From the NCBI GenBank assembly GCA_963551745.1, contig CAUVIG010000001.1, forward strand, positions 1-40,220: a stretch of DNA of 40,220 nt, written 5' to 3'. Positions 1 to 9,150 of this stretch are shown here, piece after piece. This DNA comes from an uncultured Actinomyces sp. GTDB taxonomy: Bacteria > Actinomycetota > Actinomycetes > Actinomycetales > Actinomycetaceae. Positions within the stretch are counted from its first letter, which is position 1, and every line of letters begins with the position of its first letter. The notes beneath the pieces are model-generated. The model did not search any database, was not told the DNA's origin, and saw nothing but the letters and a program-made list of their open reading frames with translations. Both the position numbers and the translations under genes were made by a program.

Positions 1-120
1 AAATGCTGATCATTCGCATGCGCTCGAGCTATCGCCGAGGCCTCGGCCCCCTCCCTGGATTCACGACGGCCGTAGAATCGAGGTAGTCGACAGCGCACTC
101 TGAGGAGGAGCAACCCTCAC

Positions 121-620
121 ATGAACGAAGAACTCGCCGCATACATCACTCACCTGTGCGAACTATCCGCGCACACAACCCGGATCAAGAAAGACTTAAT
201 CCTGGTCGAGCCGGGTGAAGACTTTATCTACGACGCATTCACCAGGCGGAAGGACTACTACGCCTACGGCCACGTCGATAAGTACTCATTCGGCGGGCCA
301 GACTTCGGCTCCGCTTCCTTCGAGATCTTCAAGAAGTTCGCGATCATGCACGTCGCCGCCGACATTCGTGCAGCACACCAGCTCCCGCCCCTTGAAGTCC
401 CGCCAGTGACCGACGTTCACCCCACCTTTTCCATCGAATTCGTAGAGCCGATTAGCTACCTCCTGACAAGCAACGCCTCCCCCATTCCCAAAACAGCCAC
501 AACCTTCTCGCCAGCTGCGCTGCTCTCGTTGTCATATCTGATGGCACATCAAGCGAGGACCTGCTCTCCCTCCTCCTCGAACCGTCCGGCACCGGATACG
601 CCGCACTCTTCCAGCGCTAA
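121..620 (+). pseudogene. Imm61/TNT-antitoxin-like immunity protein, frameshifted near 545
   Basis: RBS gaggaggag before ATG 121. Pattern F.S.S...K....ADIR....LPPL..P...LSYL resembles Imm61. The family-like C-terminus TSSEDLLSLLLEPSGTGYAALFQR* is in another frame (546-620), implying a 1-nt deletion. Confidence 0.6.
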
Positions 621-705
621 CACACATACTCGGCGTTCCCTGAAGCTCCGGAACAAGACCAACCTCGCAGGCATCCCCCTGATCACCCCCGGAAGGACCA
701 CCACC

Positions 706-1170
706 ATGCTCGAACAGCACACCGAGCTCATCGAACGCCTCCTACACGGCTCGTTGACCAGAACAAGTGAATTCAACCAGGCGTTGTCTTTCACGAATGA
801 CGGCACCCTCTATTTCACTGTCTGGGACGAGGACGGAACCACGTTCTTCTCATGGTCGGAAAGAGAACCATCGACTAGTGCTGATCTTCAGACTGATTGT
901 GATTCTGTCGCTGCCTACGTCTTAACGACAGAGCTGGGATCGATGCGCGCCATGGCATTGCATTTCGACGTACCGAGATTCCCCGAAAAGATCGATCAAC
1001 TTCACCCGTCATGGGCAGCCGACAAGACCCCGTGGCCACCGACCTTGCTCTACCACCGCATCGACGATCCGAGCGTCCGCTTTTATTCAAACAGCCCATC
1101 CGATTCCGTGCCCATCACTCACGCGATGCAATACGATCTCGAAGACCTCCTGAAGAAATACAAGGCCTAG
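706..1170 (+). CDS. Imm61/TNT-antitoxin-like immunity protein (154 aa)
   Basis: Own RBS (ggaagga 691-697) and ATG 706 inside the 349-aa ORF; SER...LG.....P.FP....LHP.W...EDLL layout parallels its neighbours. Confidence 0.6.
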   Translation: MLEQHTELIERLLHGSLTRTSEFNQALSFTNDGTLYFTVWDEDGTTFFSWSEREPSTSADLQTDCDSVAAYVLTTELGSMRAMALHFDVPRFPEKIDQLHPSWAADKTPWPPTLLYHRIDDPSVRFYSNSPSDSVPITHAMQYDLEDLLKKYKA

Positions 1171-1273
1171 GCCAACGACTAACACCACGCGCACCAACGT
1201 GACCACCGGCCTCGGGCCAGTCAGCCTCAAGTTCTCAACCAACGGCTCAGGTAAGCATGAGACACTACAGACC

Positions 1274-1810
1274 ATGACAACGATCAGCGACGACGTCTTC
1301 ATCCAGGCTCTCGTCCCTTTAATCAAACGAGATCTGACGGTGATCGACAAGGACCACGTGTGGTTCCGCAGCAATGATCTGAACGTCATGCTTCACGTCT
1401 GGCACGAAGATAGCTTCTACCTGTGCGGATCCAGCGAACACAACTCACCACCTGGCACGTTCGTATGGGCAACATCCCTGACTCCGATCAAGCAGTGGCT
1501 CGTCATGTACAATTTCGACCTCTTGCGCGCTTGCCTTGACCTGCAGCCATTCCACATCAGTTTCAAAAGACTAATCTCGGCCCCCGGCTGGTCTCACCGT
1601 CCCGGCACGAATAATTATTCAGTTGAGCTATGCCGCGACGATCAACCTACTAACATTTTTACTGGGAAATGGTCCAAGGAATCGACCAATCTTTCCTGGT
1701 TCCTGAAGCACTCACCCGAACGGCTCCTCGAGATCGCCCACATCGACAGCACCAAGGAAACCTTCCAGGCCCTCTTCGGCACGCCGCGCATCCCCTTCGA
1801 GAAGGAATGA
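1274..1810 (+). CDS. Imm61/TNT-antitoxin-like immunity protein
   Basis: Similar size and layout (SEH...KQWL...LR..L.L.P...APGW...LSWFL...LL). Start uncertain (GTG 1199 or ATG 1274). Confidence 0.5.
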   Translation: MTTISDDVFIQALVPLIKRDLTVIDKDHVWFRSNDLNVMLHVWHEDSFYLCGSSEHNSPPGTFVWATSLTPIKQWLVMYNFDLLRACLDLQPFHISFKRLISAPGWSHRPGTNNYSVELCRDDQPTNIFTGKWSKESTNLSWFLKHSPERLLEIAHIDSTKETFQALFGTPRIPFEKE

Positions 1811-1813
1811 GCA

Positions 1814-2017
1814 GTGGTCGCAGATCTTGAACAACAGCGTTTTGAGATCAACCGCGACACGCTCAACGCTGCATCGAAGGGCATGAGAGCTCTTAGCCAA
1901 CTCTCATCGCGACGTATCCTTCACCTAGCTGATGGTTCTACGCAATTCACAGAGCACACGACGTCGCGACAGGTGGCTCGAGTGCGTCAACGGGGAGATG
2001 ACCCCCGCCGAATGTAG
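1814..2017 (+). pseudogene. Short ORF, possible truncated remnant of a T7SS/WXG100-like helical substrate
   Basis: RBS gaagga upstream of GTG; amphipathic N-terminus (ADLEQQRFEINRDTLNAASKGMRALS) followed by non-protein-like sequence. Confidence 0.25.
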
Positions 2018-2098
2018 AGACTGATACAGTACCCTTGGGCATTATCGCGTTGAGCATCCACACACTAATCGCAGCCACACGTACGAAGGCCTCGACAA

Positions 2099-2632
2099 AT
2101 GAACATCTTTCTCACGGCGAACATGAAGACATTCGAGGACTTCGTCGCCCTCTATGTACCAGGCGACGAGGCGCGCGCGAACCGGGGGCGTTCCCTGTTC
2201 AGTTACGCTCTCGGGAACAGCAAAGCTGAGGAGCGATACAAGATCGTCGACTTCCTGCTTGAGCGGAATCCGTCGTTCGCCCACAAGTCCGGTGATGGTG
2301 CGTCACTCCTGCACATCCTGCTGGGCAGCGTCAAGCACGACCCCGCGCGCGACGCCGCCATCGCGCAGGTCCTGGTCGACCACGGGGAGACCTTCAACTG
2401 CCTCGACGATCGCAAGCGCCTGCCCCTCCAGTACCTGCTTCCCCTCCACCGGTACTCCGACGAGGACCTTGCGCCCATCTACGACGTCGTCTTCGCGTCC
2501 CCGGACCCGGGTTTTACAACCGTCGTCGACGGAGGCAAGCCCTTCCATGAACTCGTCCGCGCATTCGAGGACCGGCAAGCCCTCGCCGACCGCATCGACG
2601 AGTACCTGCGCGCGCAGGGTGACACCCACTGA
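2099..2632 (+). CDS. Ankyrin-repeat protein, probable toxin immunity protein
   Basis: Ankyrin-like units (GRSLFSYAL..., IVDFLLE, GASLLHILL..., LVDHG, LPLQYLL); immunity-array context. Confidence 0.75.
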   Translation: MNIFLTANMKTFEDFVALYVPGDEARANRGRSLFSYALGNSKAEERYKIVDFLLERNPSFAHKSGDGASLLHILLGSVKHDPARDAAIAQVLVDHGETFNCLDDRKRLPLQYLLPLHRYSDEDLAPIYDVVFASPDPGFTTVVDGGKPFHELVRAFEDRQALADRIDEYLRAQGDTH

Positions 2633-2640
2633 CAGGAGCA

Positions 2641-2976
2641 ATGATGCGTCCCACCTACATTCGCGGCGCCGGCGCGGCCATCGTCTCTCGCAAGATTGTT
2701 GAGCGCACAGGCAACATCAAGTGGCTGACCCGCGAGGAACCCTTCGCCCCTCAGGACTCCGGCTGGCGCGTCCTGTCCGACCGCGACACCGCCGAGTACC
2801 TGGATGATCCAAAAAACATGACCGTCGTTGATTTCAACGAGCTGTGCGACATTGAGCCCGCCTGCATCGGCATCTACCTCCTGCCGGTGGGTTCCGACAT
2901 TCAACTCGTCGTCGAACCTGACGGACGTCGGCGATGGTTCGACAACAAAACCGAGAAGGAGATTTCCTTCCGCTGA
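2641..2976 (+). CDS. DUF2185 / Imm33-like immunity protein
   Basis: Motifs IVS..I, WL.REEP...DSGWR..S..DT.EYLDDP.N...VDFN....IEP; RBS caggag. Confidence 0.8.
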   Translation: MMRPTYIRGAGAAIVSRKIVERTGNIKWLTREEPFAPQDSGWRVLSDRDTAEYLDDPKNMTVVDFNELCDIEPACIGIYLLPVGSDIQLVVEPDGRRRWFDNKTEKEISFR

Positions 2977-2996
2977 CTGTCGCAGCGGTCCCGCCC

Positions 2997-3851
2997 TCAC
3001 AGGTGAGTGAGCCACACGAGGGTCGCGTACGGGATGGTGACCTGTTCCCCCGGCGCGTAGCCGAGGTGGTCGTAGAGGTACCAGCGCAGGTTCTCCTGCA
3101 TGCGGGCCCGGCCCGTCTCCGACGAACGGATATACGAGGACCGCGTCGTGCCGAGGGCAAGGATCTCCTCTGGGGTCATGCGGTCCTCCCAGGCGACCTG
3201 CGTGAGGGCCATCGGAGCGAAGCCGCCACCCGGCACGGGCGGCCTGTCGGGGCGGTGCACGTCGCCCGAACGCATGATGCGCGTCAGGCGATGCACCCAC
3301 GGGATCGACACGGCCATCTGATTCCACACGATCGCGAGCGCACCGCCGGGCGCCAGGACCCGAGCCGCCTCGAGGCCCGCACGCTCCGAATCCATCCAAT
3401 GCCAGGACTGTGCAAACACGACGATGTCATACACACCGTTCGGTAACCCTGTGTCTTCGGCGACACCGTCGTGCCACGTCACGCCTTCGACAGACGAGGC
3501 CTGGGCGCGCATCGCCTCGGAGGGTTCGACCGCGTCCACGAAGAGACCGCCGTGAGCCAGGAGCTCGCTCATCTTGCCGGTGCCTGCGCCGATGTCGGCG
3601 GCACGCAGAGGGCCGCCCCGCCTCGGAGCATTCACGCCCCGCCCGCGCCGCGCGGCATCGATCAAAGTAGCCACGGCCTCGTCCGGGTAGGCGGGGCGCA
3701 CCGAGTCGTAGGCGCCACCCTCCCCGACGAAGGGATTCACATCGAGGGAATCGGACACGCCGTTCGATATCGCGTCACGATCCCCGTACTGAGGCCACGA
3801 AGGAGTGGCGGCCGTGCGCCCGGCCACGTCCTCGTTGTCGGAAGCGCTCAC
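2997..3851 (-). CDS. Class I SAM-dependent methyltransferase
   Basis: YDSVRPAYP, ADIGAGTGK, AVEPSEAM, AQSWHW motifs; GTG at 3851 overlaps the cls stop. Confidence 0.9.
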   Translation of the reverse strand: MSASDNEDVAGRTAATPSWPQYGDRDAISNGVSDSLDVNPFVGEGGAYDSVRPAYPDEAVATLIDAARRGRGVNAPRRGGPLRAADIGAGTGKMSELLAHGGLFVDAVEPSEAMRAQASSVEGVTWHDGVAEDTGLPNGVYDIVVFAQSWHWMDSERAGLEAARVLAPGGALAIVWNQMAVSIPWVHRLTRIMRSGDVHRPDRPPVPGGGFAPMALTQVAWEDRMTPEEILALGTTRSSYIRSSETGRARMQENLRWYLYDHLGYAPGEQVTIPYATLVWLTHL

Positions 3852-5371
3852 AGGAGCGAGCTCCCCAGACGGCACACGTTGTCGACGTAGTGGACATGCC
3901 ACGGCTGGCCGCGCCACTCCTCGTAGGTCAGTTCGCGCGACTGCTGACGTGTGCGCTCATCATTGCCGTGCAGCATCTCGACCAGGCGCGAGCTGTCGGC
4001 GACGAGGACGATCTCGTAGTTGAGGCCGAAGGAGCGCACATCCATGTTGGACGAGCCGATGATGCACAGGCTGCCGTCGACGATCATGTACTTCGAGTGA
4101 AGCATCCGCGGCTTTCGGTACAGGTGGATGCACACGCCAGCTTTCAGGAGCGGCCCGTAGTAGGAACGCTGCGCGTGGCCGACCAGGAACTGGTCGAACT
4201 GCTCGGAGACGAAGAGCTCGACCTCGACGCCCGCCAGCGCGGCGTTCGTCAGCGCGATCATGAGGGCCTCGTCCGGGATGAAGTAGGGGCTCGTGATCGA
4301 CACGTGCGTGCGTGCCGAGGAGATCATGTGGATGAACGCGCGCAGGTTCGGCTCCCCCCTGAACGCGGGGCCCGACGGGATGATCTGCATCGCTGAGGCC
4401 TGCGTATCCTCGCTCTCGGCTGCCAGCTGCGCCGCGGGCGGGGTCAGGACGTCGGGAGTGAGGACCTCCTTGCACGCGTAGTACCAGTCCACGGCGAAGA
4501 CCGCCTGAATCTGGGCGACGACGGGCCCGGTGACGGACACGCTCGTGTCGTCGTAGAGCATGCCCGCCTTCGCGTACGAAGGGGTGCCGTAGTCGGGAGC
4601 CACGAGGTTATGGGAACCAACGTAAGCCTCGCGCCCATCGATGACGAGGATCTTGCGGTGGTTACGTAGGTCAGGGCGGCGAATCTGCCCGCGCAGCGGC
4701 GCGAACGGCAGCATCTCGTGCCACTCGATGCCCATGTTGTTCAGGCGGCGGCGAAAGTCCTTGTGGCCTGGGATCGTGCGCAAGCCGTGGTGATCGACGA
4801 GCAGGCGGACGGTGACGCCGCGGGCGACCGCGCGCTCGAGGGCCTCGTAGAAGGGTGCCGTGTACTCGTCCCACGAGGTCTGGTAGTACAGGGCGTTCAC
4901 ATGGTGCGTGGCCGCGTCGATGCTGGCCGCCATGGCCCGGAAGGTCTCGGCCGTGTCGTTGTAGAGGCGGCCGACCCGTCCCACCGAGGCCGGGAAGCCG
5001 CTGAGGGTCCCGGACAGTCGCATGATCGAGGCGGTGTCGTCGTCCGATCCTGCGGGCAGGCCGTCGGGGCCGTCCGGCACCTCGTAGTTCTCGGGGTCGG
5101 GCGCGGTCGAGCCGGCCACGATGGCGTCGACCAGCTGGCGGGCCTCCGGGTCGTCGTCAAGGCGCCGGCCCATCGCCCACCAGGACCCGAAGACGACGTA
5201 CAGGGGCACACCCAAGAGAGGCCACAGGAAGATCAGCAGCAGCCACGCGGTCGACGTCGAGGCGCGCCGATGCTTGGGCACAACCCCCAGAGCGACAACG
5301 CGGATGACGAAATCGATGGCCCCGACAAGGAGCCACGCCCACAGCGGCGGTTCAGGGTGTGGCGGCAACAT
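3848..5371 (-). CDS. cls: Cardiolipin synthase (phospholipase D family)
   Basis: Two N-terminal TM helices and two HKD motifs (NHRKILVID, HSKYMIVD). Confidence 0.9.
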   Translation of the reverse strand: MLPPHPEPPLWAWLLVGAIDFVIRVVALGVVPKHRRASTSTAWLLLIFLWPLLGVPLYVVFGSWWAMGRRLDDDPEARQLVDAIVAGSTAPDPENYEVPDGPDGLPAGSDDDTASIMRLSGTLSGFPASVGRVGRLYNDTAETFRAMAASIDAATHHVNALYYQTSWDEYTAPFYEALERAVARGVTVRLLVDHHGLRTIPGHKDFRRRLNNMGIEWHEMLPFAPLRGQIRRPDLRNHRKILVIDGREAYVGSHNLVAPDYGTPSYAKAGMLYDDTSVSVTGPVVAQIQAVFAVDWYYACKEVLTPDVLTPPAAQLAAESEDTQASAMQIIPSGPAFRGEPNLRAFIHMISSARTHVSITSPYFIPDEALMIALTNAALAGVEVELFVSEQFDQFLVGHAQRSYYGPLLKAGVCIHLYRKPRMLHSKYMIVDGSLCIIGSSNMDVRSFGLNYEIVLVADSSRLVEMLHGNDERTRQQSRELTYEEWRGQPWHVHYVDNVCRLGSSLL

Positions 5372-5375
5372 GTGC

Positions 5376-5975
5376 CTATGTTACCGGCCGCCCCAGATCC
5401 TGACGGGCCCACCGCTGCCAATGCGGCGCGTAGGTCTGCCCGTCGCGCGCGATCGCGCGGTGTCGACGCTCCTCCTCGCCGGGGTCGGCGATCCACACAC
5501 TGAGGTCGGCCTCGGCCTCGATGGCGCCGCAGCCCTCGATGATCGTCGGAGCGAGGGGGACGGGGATCGTCGCCCCGGTCGTGCCATTCTCCCAATCCCA
5601 GGCCTCGTAGGAGGAGGCGCGTCCGCCCCGCAGGTCGGCGGCGATTCGCCGCGCGATGTCGGCGCCCGCCGCGAGGCCGTCCCAGCCTGGATACCAGTCG
5701 TCAAGGTGGAGGACCTGCCAGCCGTCCACGAGCCGAGCGAGCGCGGCGGCCAGCGTTGACTTCCCGGATCCGGAGTAGCCGTCGATCGTGACGACCGGGA
5801 CGGCGCGGCGTGCTCGCACGGATTCACCGTGGGACGAGGCCGTGGCTCGCTCCCCCGCCAGGGCACTCAGGCGGGGGGCGAGGTCTCGGGCGGCCTCATC
5901 GGGCCTCATCGTGACGGGGACGGTGACCCGCAGAGCCGCTCCCCTGCGCGCGTCCTCCCAGGTCAGGGCGCTCAT
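5376..5975 (-). CDS. P-loop (nucleoside/uridine kinase-like) protein
   Basis: IDGYSGSGKST Walker A, LHLDDWYPGWDGL, IIEG; ATG 5975 overlaps the upstream stop (ATGA). Confidence 0.8.
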   Translation of the reverse strand: MSALTWEDARRGAALRVTVPVTMRPDEAARDLAPRLSALAGERATASSHGESVRARRAVPVVTIDGYSGSGKSTLAAALARLVDGWQVLHLDDWYPGWDGLAAGADIARRIAADLRGGRASSYEAWDWENGTTGATIPVPLAPTIIEGCGAIEAEADLSVWIADPGEEERRHRAIARDGQTYAPHWQRWARQDLGRPVT

Positions 5976-8380
5976 CGGCCCACCAGGGCGAAGGTGCCCG
6001 CCCAGATGCTCGCGGCCAGCGCGATCATGGGCAGGGCGATGGCGACAACCATGAGGACGGCGTCGACGGCGCGCAGGCGCGAGACACGCGCCCACGTGCG
6101 CTTTCCTGCGGCACCAAATCCCCGGGCCTCCATGGTGGTCGCCAGCTTGCCGGAGCGACGCAGCGCAAACACGAGCAGCGAGAAGGCGCCGCGCAGGAAG
6201 GAACGGATGCGCGAGGCGTCACCCACGCCTCGGGCGCGCCGTGCTCGCTCGAGGGCCTTCCAGTCGGCCGCCATCAGCGACGTCATGCGCGCGCCCGCGA
6301 GCGCAGCCAGGACGGGACGGGCGGGCAGGTGCAGGATCTGCGCGAGGCCGTCACCCATGTCGGTGGGGTCGATGCGGTCGAGCAGGGCGATCGCGGGCAT
6401 GACGATCGCACACATGCGCAGGCCGATGCCCAGCGCCAGCCACATGGAGTGGTCCGAGATCGCGGCCGGCCCGAACTGCCAGTAGACGGTGCCCCCAGGT
6501 GAGGCGTACAGCAGCATGGACAACGCACCGAGCGGCGCGGCCACCAGTAACGGCGTCGCCTTCATGAAGAAGCTGCGCGCCGACACGCCCGACAGGGGCA
6601 TGAGCGCGAGCTCGAGGGCGAGGGCCACGCCCGCACTCACCGGGTCGATCGTGATCAGCAGGGGGGTCGTTGCGACCAGCAGGGCGAGCACGCGGGCGAC
6701 GGGATTCGTGCGCGCGAGGAGGCCTCGGGAGCCGCGCCGCGATTCGCGCGAGGGCGCGGGATCCGCATTCGTCTCGGGCTGGGCGCCCTCATCGTGAGCG
6801 TTCCCGGCGGAGGCGACCCCGGCCTCGTCCGTGGGATCAGCGGGGGTCGCGCCACGCGTCCCGACCTGCCCGAGGTCGACGACGCGCTGGCCCATCGCGG
6901 CCACGAACGCGGGGTCGTGCGTAATCGAGACCAGGGTGACGCCGCGCTCGAGGGCGGCGCGCAGGAGGCGCACGAGGCCAAGCCACGTGCCGCGATCCTG
7001 GCCGAAGGTCGGCTCGTCGAGGATCAGCAGTTCGGGGGCGCTGATGAGAGCGGTCGCCACCGACAGGCGGCGCTTCTCGCCGCCCGACAGCGTCATGGGG
7101 TTGGCGCGCGCAAGCGCGGTGAGGCCCAGGGCCTCGAGGTGTTCGTCGACGAGGGGGGCGATCTCCTCCTCGGTCATGCCGGCCGCGCGCGGGCCGATCG
7201 CGAGCTCCTCGGCGACGGTGGCGGCCAGGAACTGGTATTCGGGCTCCTGGAAGACCATGGACATGCGCCCCAGGAGTTGCTTGCTCGACCACTCGTGCGG
7301 GTCGCCGGCCGTGCCATCGGAGGTCTCGACCTCGACGGTGCCCGAGATGGGTTCAAGGAGGCCCGCGAGCGTCAGCGCGAAGGTCGATTTTCCGGCGCCG
7401 TTAGCGCCAACGATACAGGTGGAGACCCCGCGCTCGATCGTCAGGTCGATGCCGGAACGTACCGGGGCGGACGCGTCGTAGCCGATCGTCAGGTCGGCGA
7501 CACGGGCGATCGGGGCGGCTTCGGACGAGGCCGGGGCGACCTCAGGGGTCGGGCCGACCTCGGCGGCGACGTCGTCGCCGGGAAGCCAGATGCCGCGCTC
7601 ACGCAGGGCGTCACCCTGCTGCGCGAGGACCTCTCTCAGGGGGCCGTCGGCTGCGATCGCGCCGTCCGCGACCACGATGACGCGATCCACGAGGGAGGCC
7701 CACACGTCGACGCGGTGCTCGACGACGACCATGGTCGCGCCCGTGCTCTCGACGACGGCTTCGACGGCGGCGCGCACCTCGGCAACGCCGCTCGGGTCCA
7801 GGTTCGCGGTGGGCTCGTCCAGGAGCAGCAGGCCCGGGCCCATCGCGAGAATCGACGCCAGAGCCAGGCGCTGCTTCTGCCCGCCCGACAGCTCCGTCGT
7901 CGAATGATCCAGGGGGACGCTCAGGCCCACGGCCTCGAGCGAATTCTCCACGCGCGGCCAGATCTCCTCGCGCGCAACCCCCAAGTTCTCCATGCCGAAG
8001 GCCACGTCGTCACCGACGCGAGCGAGGACCACCTGGGCCTCGGGGTCCTGCATCAGCAGGCCGACTCGACCCCTCGCCTGCGCCGGAGCGACGCCGTCGA
8101 CGGTGAGCGTGCCGGTGACCTCGCCCTCCTCGGCGCCGCCTAGCAGGCCGGCCAAGCCGCCCATGAGCGTCGACTTGCCCGACCCAGACGGGCCCAGCAC
8201 CAACACGCGCTCGCCCGGCGCGATATCGAGATCAACACCCGACAGCGCGGCGTCCTTGCGCCCAGCGTGACGCCATCCCCAGCCGCGCGCGCACACGCGC
8301 GCGCCCGCCCCCTCACCCTGCGCAACCGGGGCACCGGGCGAGGAAACGGGGCGGGAGGAGGCGGAGTGGGCCTCGTCCAT
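5972..8380 (-). CDS. ECF transporter tandem ATPase fused to transmembrane T component (YkoD-YkoC-like)
   Basis: Two ABC domains (GPSGSGKS/LSGGQ; GANGAGKS/LSGGE) plus a C-terminal EcfT domain with ARG and EARG motifs. Confidence 0.9.
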   Translation of the reverse strand: MDEAHSASSRPVSSPGAPVAQGEGAGARVCARGWGWRHAGRKDAALSGVDLDIAPGERVLVLGPSGSGKSTLMGGLAGLLGGAEEGEVTGTLTVDGVAPAQARGRVGLLMQDPEAQVVLARVGDDVAFGMENLGVAREEIWPRVENSLEAVGLSVPLDHSTTELSGGQKQRLALASILAMGPGLLLLDEPTANLDPSGVAEVRAAVEAVVESTGATMVVVEHRVDVWASLVDRVIVVADGAIAADGPLREVLAQQGDALRERGIWLPGDDVAAEVGPTPEVAPASSEAAPIARVADLTIGYDASAPVRSGIDLTIERGVSTCIVGANGAGKSTFALTLAGLLEPISGTVEVETSDGTAGDPHEWSSKQLLGRMSMVFQEPEYQFLAATVAEELAIGPRAAGMTEEEIAPLVDEHLEALGLTALARANPMTLSGGEKRRLSVATALISAPELLILDEPTFGQDRGTWLGLVRLLRAALERGVTLVSITHDPAFVAAMGQRVVDLGQVGTRGATPADPTDEAGVASAGNAHDEGAQPETNADPAPSRESRRGSRGLLARTNPVARVLALLVATTPLLITIDPVSAGVALALELALMPLSGVSARSFFMKATPLLVAAPLGALSMLLYASPGGTVYWQFGPAAISDHSMWLALGIGLRMCAIVMPAIALLDRIDPTDMGDGLAQILHLPARPVLAALAGARMTSLMAADWKALERARRARGVGDASRIRSFLRGAFSLLVFALRRSGKLATTMEARGFGAAGKRTWARVSRLRAVDAVLMVVAIALPMIALAASIWAGTFALVGR

Positions 8381-8390
8381 GGATCGGAAA

Positions 8391-8990
8391 TCAGACAAGC
8401 TCACGCGCTCCACGGCCGGAGGCGAAGCGGTCCAGGGCGCCCGTCTTCGCGAGCGCGTTCGTCAGCGCCCACGCGAGCAGGCCGGCCAGGACGATGCCCG
8501 ACGCCATGCCGCACACGAGGTAGATCGCGTTGTAGAGCACACCCTTCGCGAGGTGACCGGAAAGGAAGAGCTCGAGAACCCACTCGAACGCGAAGGACAC
8601 AGCTCCGGCCGCACCCACGATCGTCGCGTTGAAGCGGCGGTAGGCGACCAGGGCGAAGACGACCTCCGCGCCGATACCCTGCGCGAGACCCGAGTAGATG
8701 GTCTCGACGGCCCACTGGGAACCTAGGGCCATAGAGACGGTCGCGGCCATCAGCTCGACGAAAAGCGCGGCGCCGGGCTTGCGGATGACGTAGCCACCGA
8801 GCGTGCCGCCCAGCAGCCAGACGCCCGTCACCAGGCCACCCATGCCGGGGGCAATGGACTTGAGGAACTCGTAGCTAGCACCGCCCACCTGGTTCCAGAC
8901 GACAAAAATGAGGCCGCACGCGACGCCCAAGACGGCGGCGGTGACGATGTCGATGACCCTCCAGCGGAGGGACGGAGTAGTGGATGCCAT
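8391..8990 (-). CDS. ykoE: ECF S component, thiamine/HMP precursor (YkoE family)
   Basis: WRVIDIVTAAVLG...IRKPGAALFVE signature; TPP riboswitch upstream. Confidence 0.88.
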   Translation of the reverse strand: MASTTPSLRWRVIDIVTAAVLGVACGLIFVVWNQVGGASYEFLKSIAPGMGGLVTGVWLLGGTLGGYVIRKPGAALFVELMAATVSMALGSQWAVETIYSGLAQGIGAEVVFALVAYRRFNATIVGAAGAVSFAFEWVLELFLSGHLAKGVLYNAIYLVCGMASGIVLAGLLAWALTNALAKTGALDRFASGRGARELV

Positions 8991-9029
8991 GCGAAAATAC
9001 TCCCTTCGTGTTGCACGGCGGCCACGAGG

Positions 9030-9116
9030 GAAGAGCCTTCCTACGCCGGTATGATCCGGATCAGGTTCTACGGTCGGGGGTGGTCCCCTCTCAGCTCGGT
9101 TCGAGCTCCCGTGGCA
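9030..9116 (-). ncRNA. TPP riboswitch
   Basis: Minus strand reads GGGAGC...GCTGAGAGG...GACCGTAGAACCTGATCCGGATCATACCGGCGTAGGAAG, matching the THI-box core, directly before ykoE. Confidence 0.95.
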
Positions 9117-9150
9117 CGCTGGTGAGCATAGTCACTAACTATGGGTTCCG

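Noticed and set aside
1..103. 3' end of an upstream gene
   Set aside because: Two frames are open and too short to assign.
121..1170. 349-aa ORF as one genuine protein
   Set aside because: An internal RBS+ATG at 706 and an out-of-frame family-like C-terminus indicate two genes joined by a frameshift.
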